Positions 1 through 374 of a stretch of 374 nucleotides of DNA are shown here, in pieces. The stretch lies in assembly GCF_003334815.1 (NCBI RefSeq), contig NZ_QOWO01000133.1; one strand, given 5' to 3'. Positions within the stretch are counted from its first letter, which is position 1; the number at the start of each line of letters is the position of its first letter. Source of the stretch: Escherichia coli. Its GTDB lineage: Bacteria > Pseudomonadota > Gammaproteobacteria > Enterobacterales > Enterobacteriaceae. The translations under genes and the position numbers were made by a program. The notes beneath the pieces were generated by a model, which did not search any database, was not told the origin of the DNA, and was given only the letters and a program-made list of their open reading frames with translations.

Positions 1-348
1 GATTTTCTGTATGCCGAGGCGTATGTGTACGCGCTGGCGCAAAAAATGATGCCGGAATATCAGGGAGGCTTCTGGCACTTCATCCGCCTGCCGGACGGTG
101 GCGGTTACATGATGCCGGATGGCGACCGTTTCCACATGGTGAACGGTGCAAACTGGTTTGACCGTACCGTGAGTGCTGATGCCGCAGGCATCATTCTGAC
201 TTCCCTTGTGATTAACCGCCAGTTGTGGCTGTACCACGACAGCGGGGATGCAGGACTGACCCAGCTTTACCGGATGCGCGATGCGCAGTTGTGGCGTCAC
301 ATCGAATTTCACCCCGAATGCAACGCGATTTACGCGGCACTGGACTGA
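1..348 (+). CDS. ArdB/KlcA-family antirestriction protein, 5'-partial (N-terminus lies upstream of the window)
   Basis: Frame +1 has no stop from nt 1 to TGA at 346-348; the ORF track's 25..348 sits in this frame and the 8 codons before it (DFLYAEAY) are also open. Translation carries motifs I recall from this family: Y-x-GG-x-W (58-75), DGGGYMMPD (94-120, cf. KlcA 'DGGFYMAPD'), VNG (139-147), SADAAGI (172-192, cf. KlcA 'SADAAGI'), and C-terminal Y-R-x-RD...HPEC-x-AIY-x-A-x-D ending at the stop (cf. KlcA '...HPEAAAIYRAID', YfjX-like '...HPE..AI..ID'). The match is from memory, not a search. The GTG at 25 is a track artifact, not the start, because family homology continues upstream of it and homologs have ~35-45 more N-terminal residues. 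Confidence 0.8.
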   Translation, partial: DFLYAEAYVYALAQKMMPEYQGGFWHFIRLPDGGGYMMPDGDRFHMVNGANWFDRTVSADAAGIILTSLVINRQLWLYHDSGDAGLTQLYRMRDAQLWRHIEFHPECNAIYAALD

Positions 349-359
349 TTAACGGACGG

Positions 360-374
360 GGCGGCAATGCCGCC
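360..374 (+). other. GC-rich stem-loop 12 nt after the stop (possible terminator stem or intercistronic structure), truncated by window edge
   Basis: Seen directly: ggcggc (360-365), loop aat (366-368), gccgcc (369-374) gives a perfect 6-bp all-G/C stem. G359 and G358 could extend it if nt 375-376 are CC. No downstream T-tract is visible because the window ends, so the function is unassigned. Confidence 0.3.

Noticed and set aside
25-27. GTG at 25 as the translation start, as implied by the ORF track
   Set aside because: The frame is open upstream to nt 1, there is no convincing Shine-Dalgarno in 10-20, and family homology spans the position; it is an internal Val codon of a 5'-truncated gene.
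31-40. gcgctggcgc as a palindromic operator or Chi-like site
   Set aside because: It is not a true inverted repeat (reverse complement is gcgccagcgc) and does not match the Chi octamer GCTGGTGG; it sits inside coding sequence encoding A-L-A.
46-51. Tandem ATG ATG at 46-51 as an alternative internal start
   Set aside because: Starting here would drop residues that align with conserved parts of the family; the upstream sequence is A/C-rich coding sequence rather than an RBS.
1-374. Absence of GATC (Dam/MboI) sites as a possible restriction-avoidance signature of an anti-restriction gene
   Set aside because: Only ~1-2 occurrences are expected in 374 bp at this composition, so zero is not statistically meaningful.
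1-374. Minus-strand or overlapping alternative-frame genes
   Set aside because: The six-frame track reports no other ORF of appreciable length, and the plus-frame product has clear family similarity, so antisense coding is not supported.
349-374. Hairpin as a complete rho-independent terminator
   Set aside because: No T-tract is visible because the window ends at the 3' arm of the stem; it is reported only as a stem-loop of undetermined function.

Overview
The window is almost entirely one plus-strand coding region. Frame +1 is open from nt 1 to a TGA stop at 346-348, so the gene is cut at the 5' edge of the window and its true start lies upstream. The ~115 translated residues match, from memory, the C-terminal two-thirds of ArdB/KlcA-family antirestriction proteins (plasmid KlcA/ArdB, E. 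coli cryptic-prophage YfjX/YafX-like). I could not run a database search, so the family call rests on recalled motifs. Such genes are anti-defence cargo of conjugative plasmids, ICEs and enterobacterial genomic islands, so the window probably sits inside a mobile element; codon usage and GC content look enterobacterial. The 26 nt after the stop hold a short GC-rich hairpin that runs into the window edge and an ATG that might start the next gene. I see no rRNA, tRNA, CRISPR or transposon ends, and the ORF track shows no credible minus-strand ORF. I cannot support any novel system from 374 bp: the window holds one partial gene of a known family, and anything more interesting would lie in its flanks.
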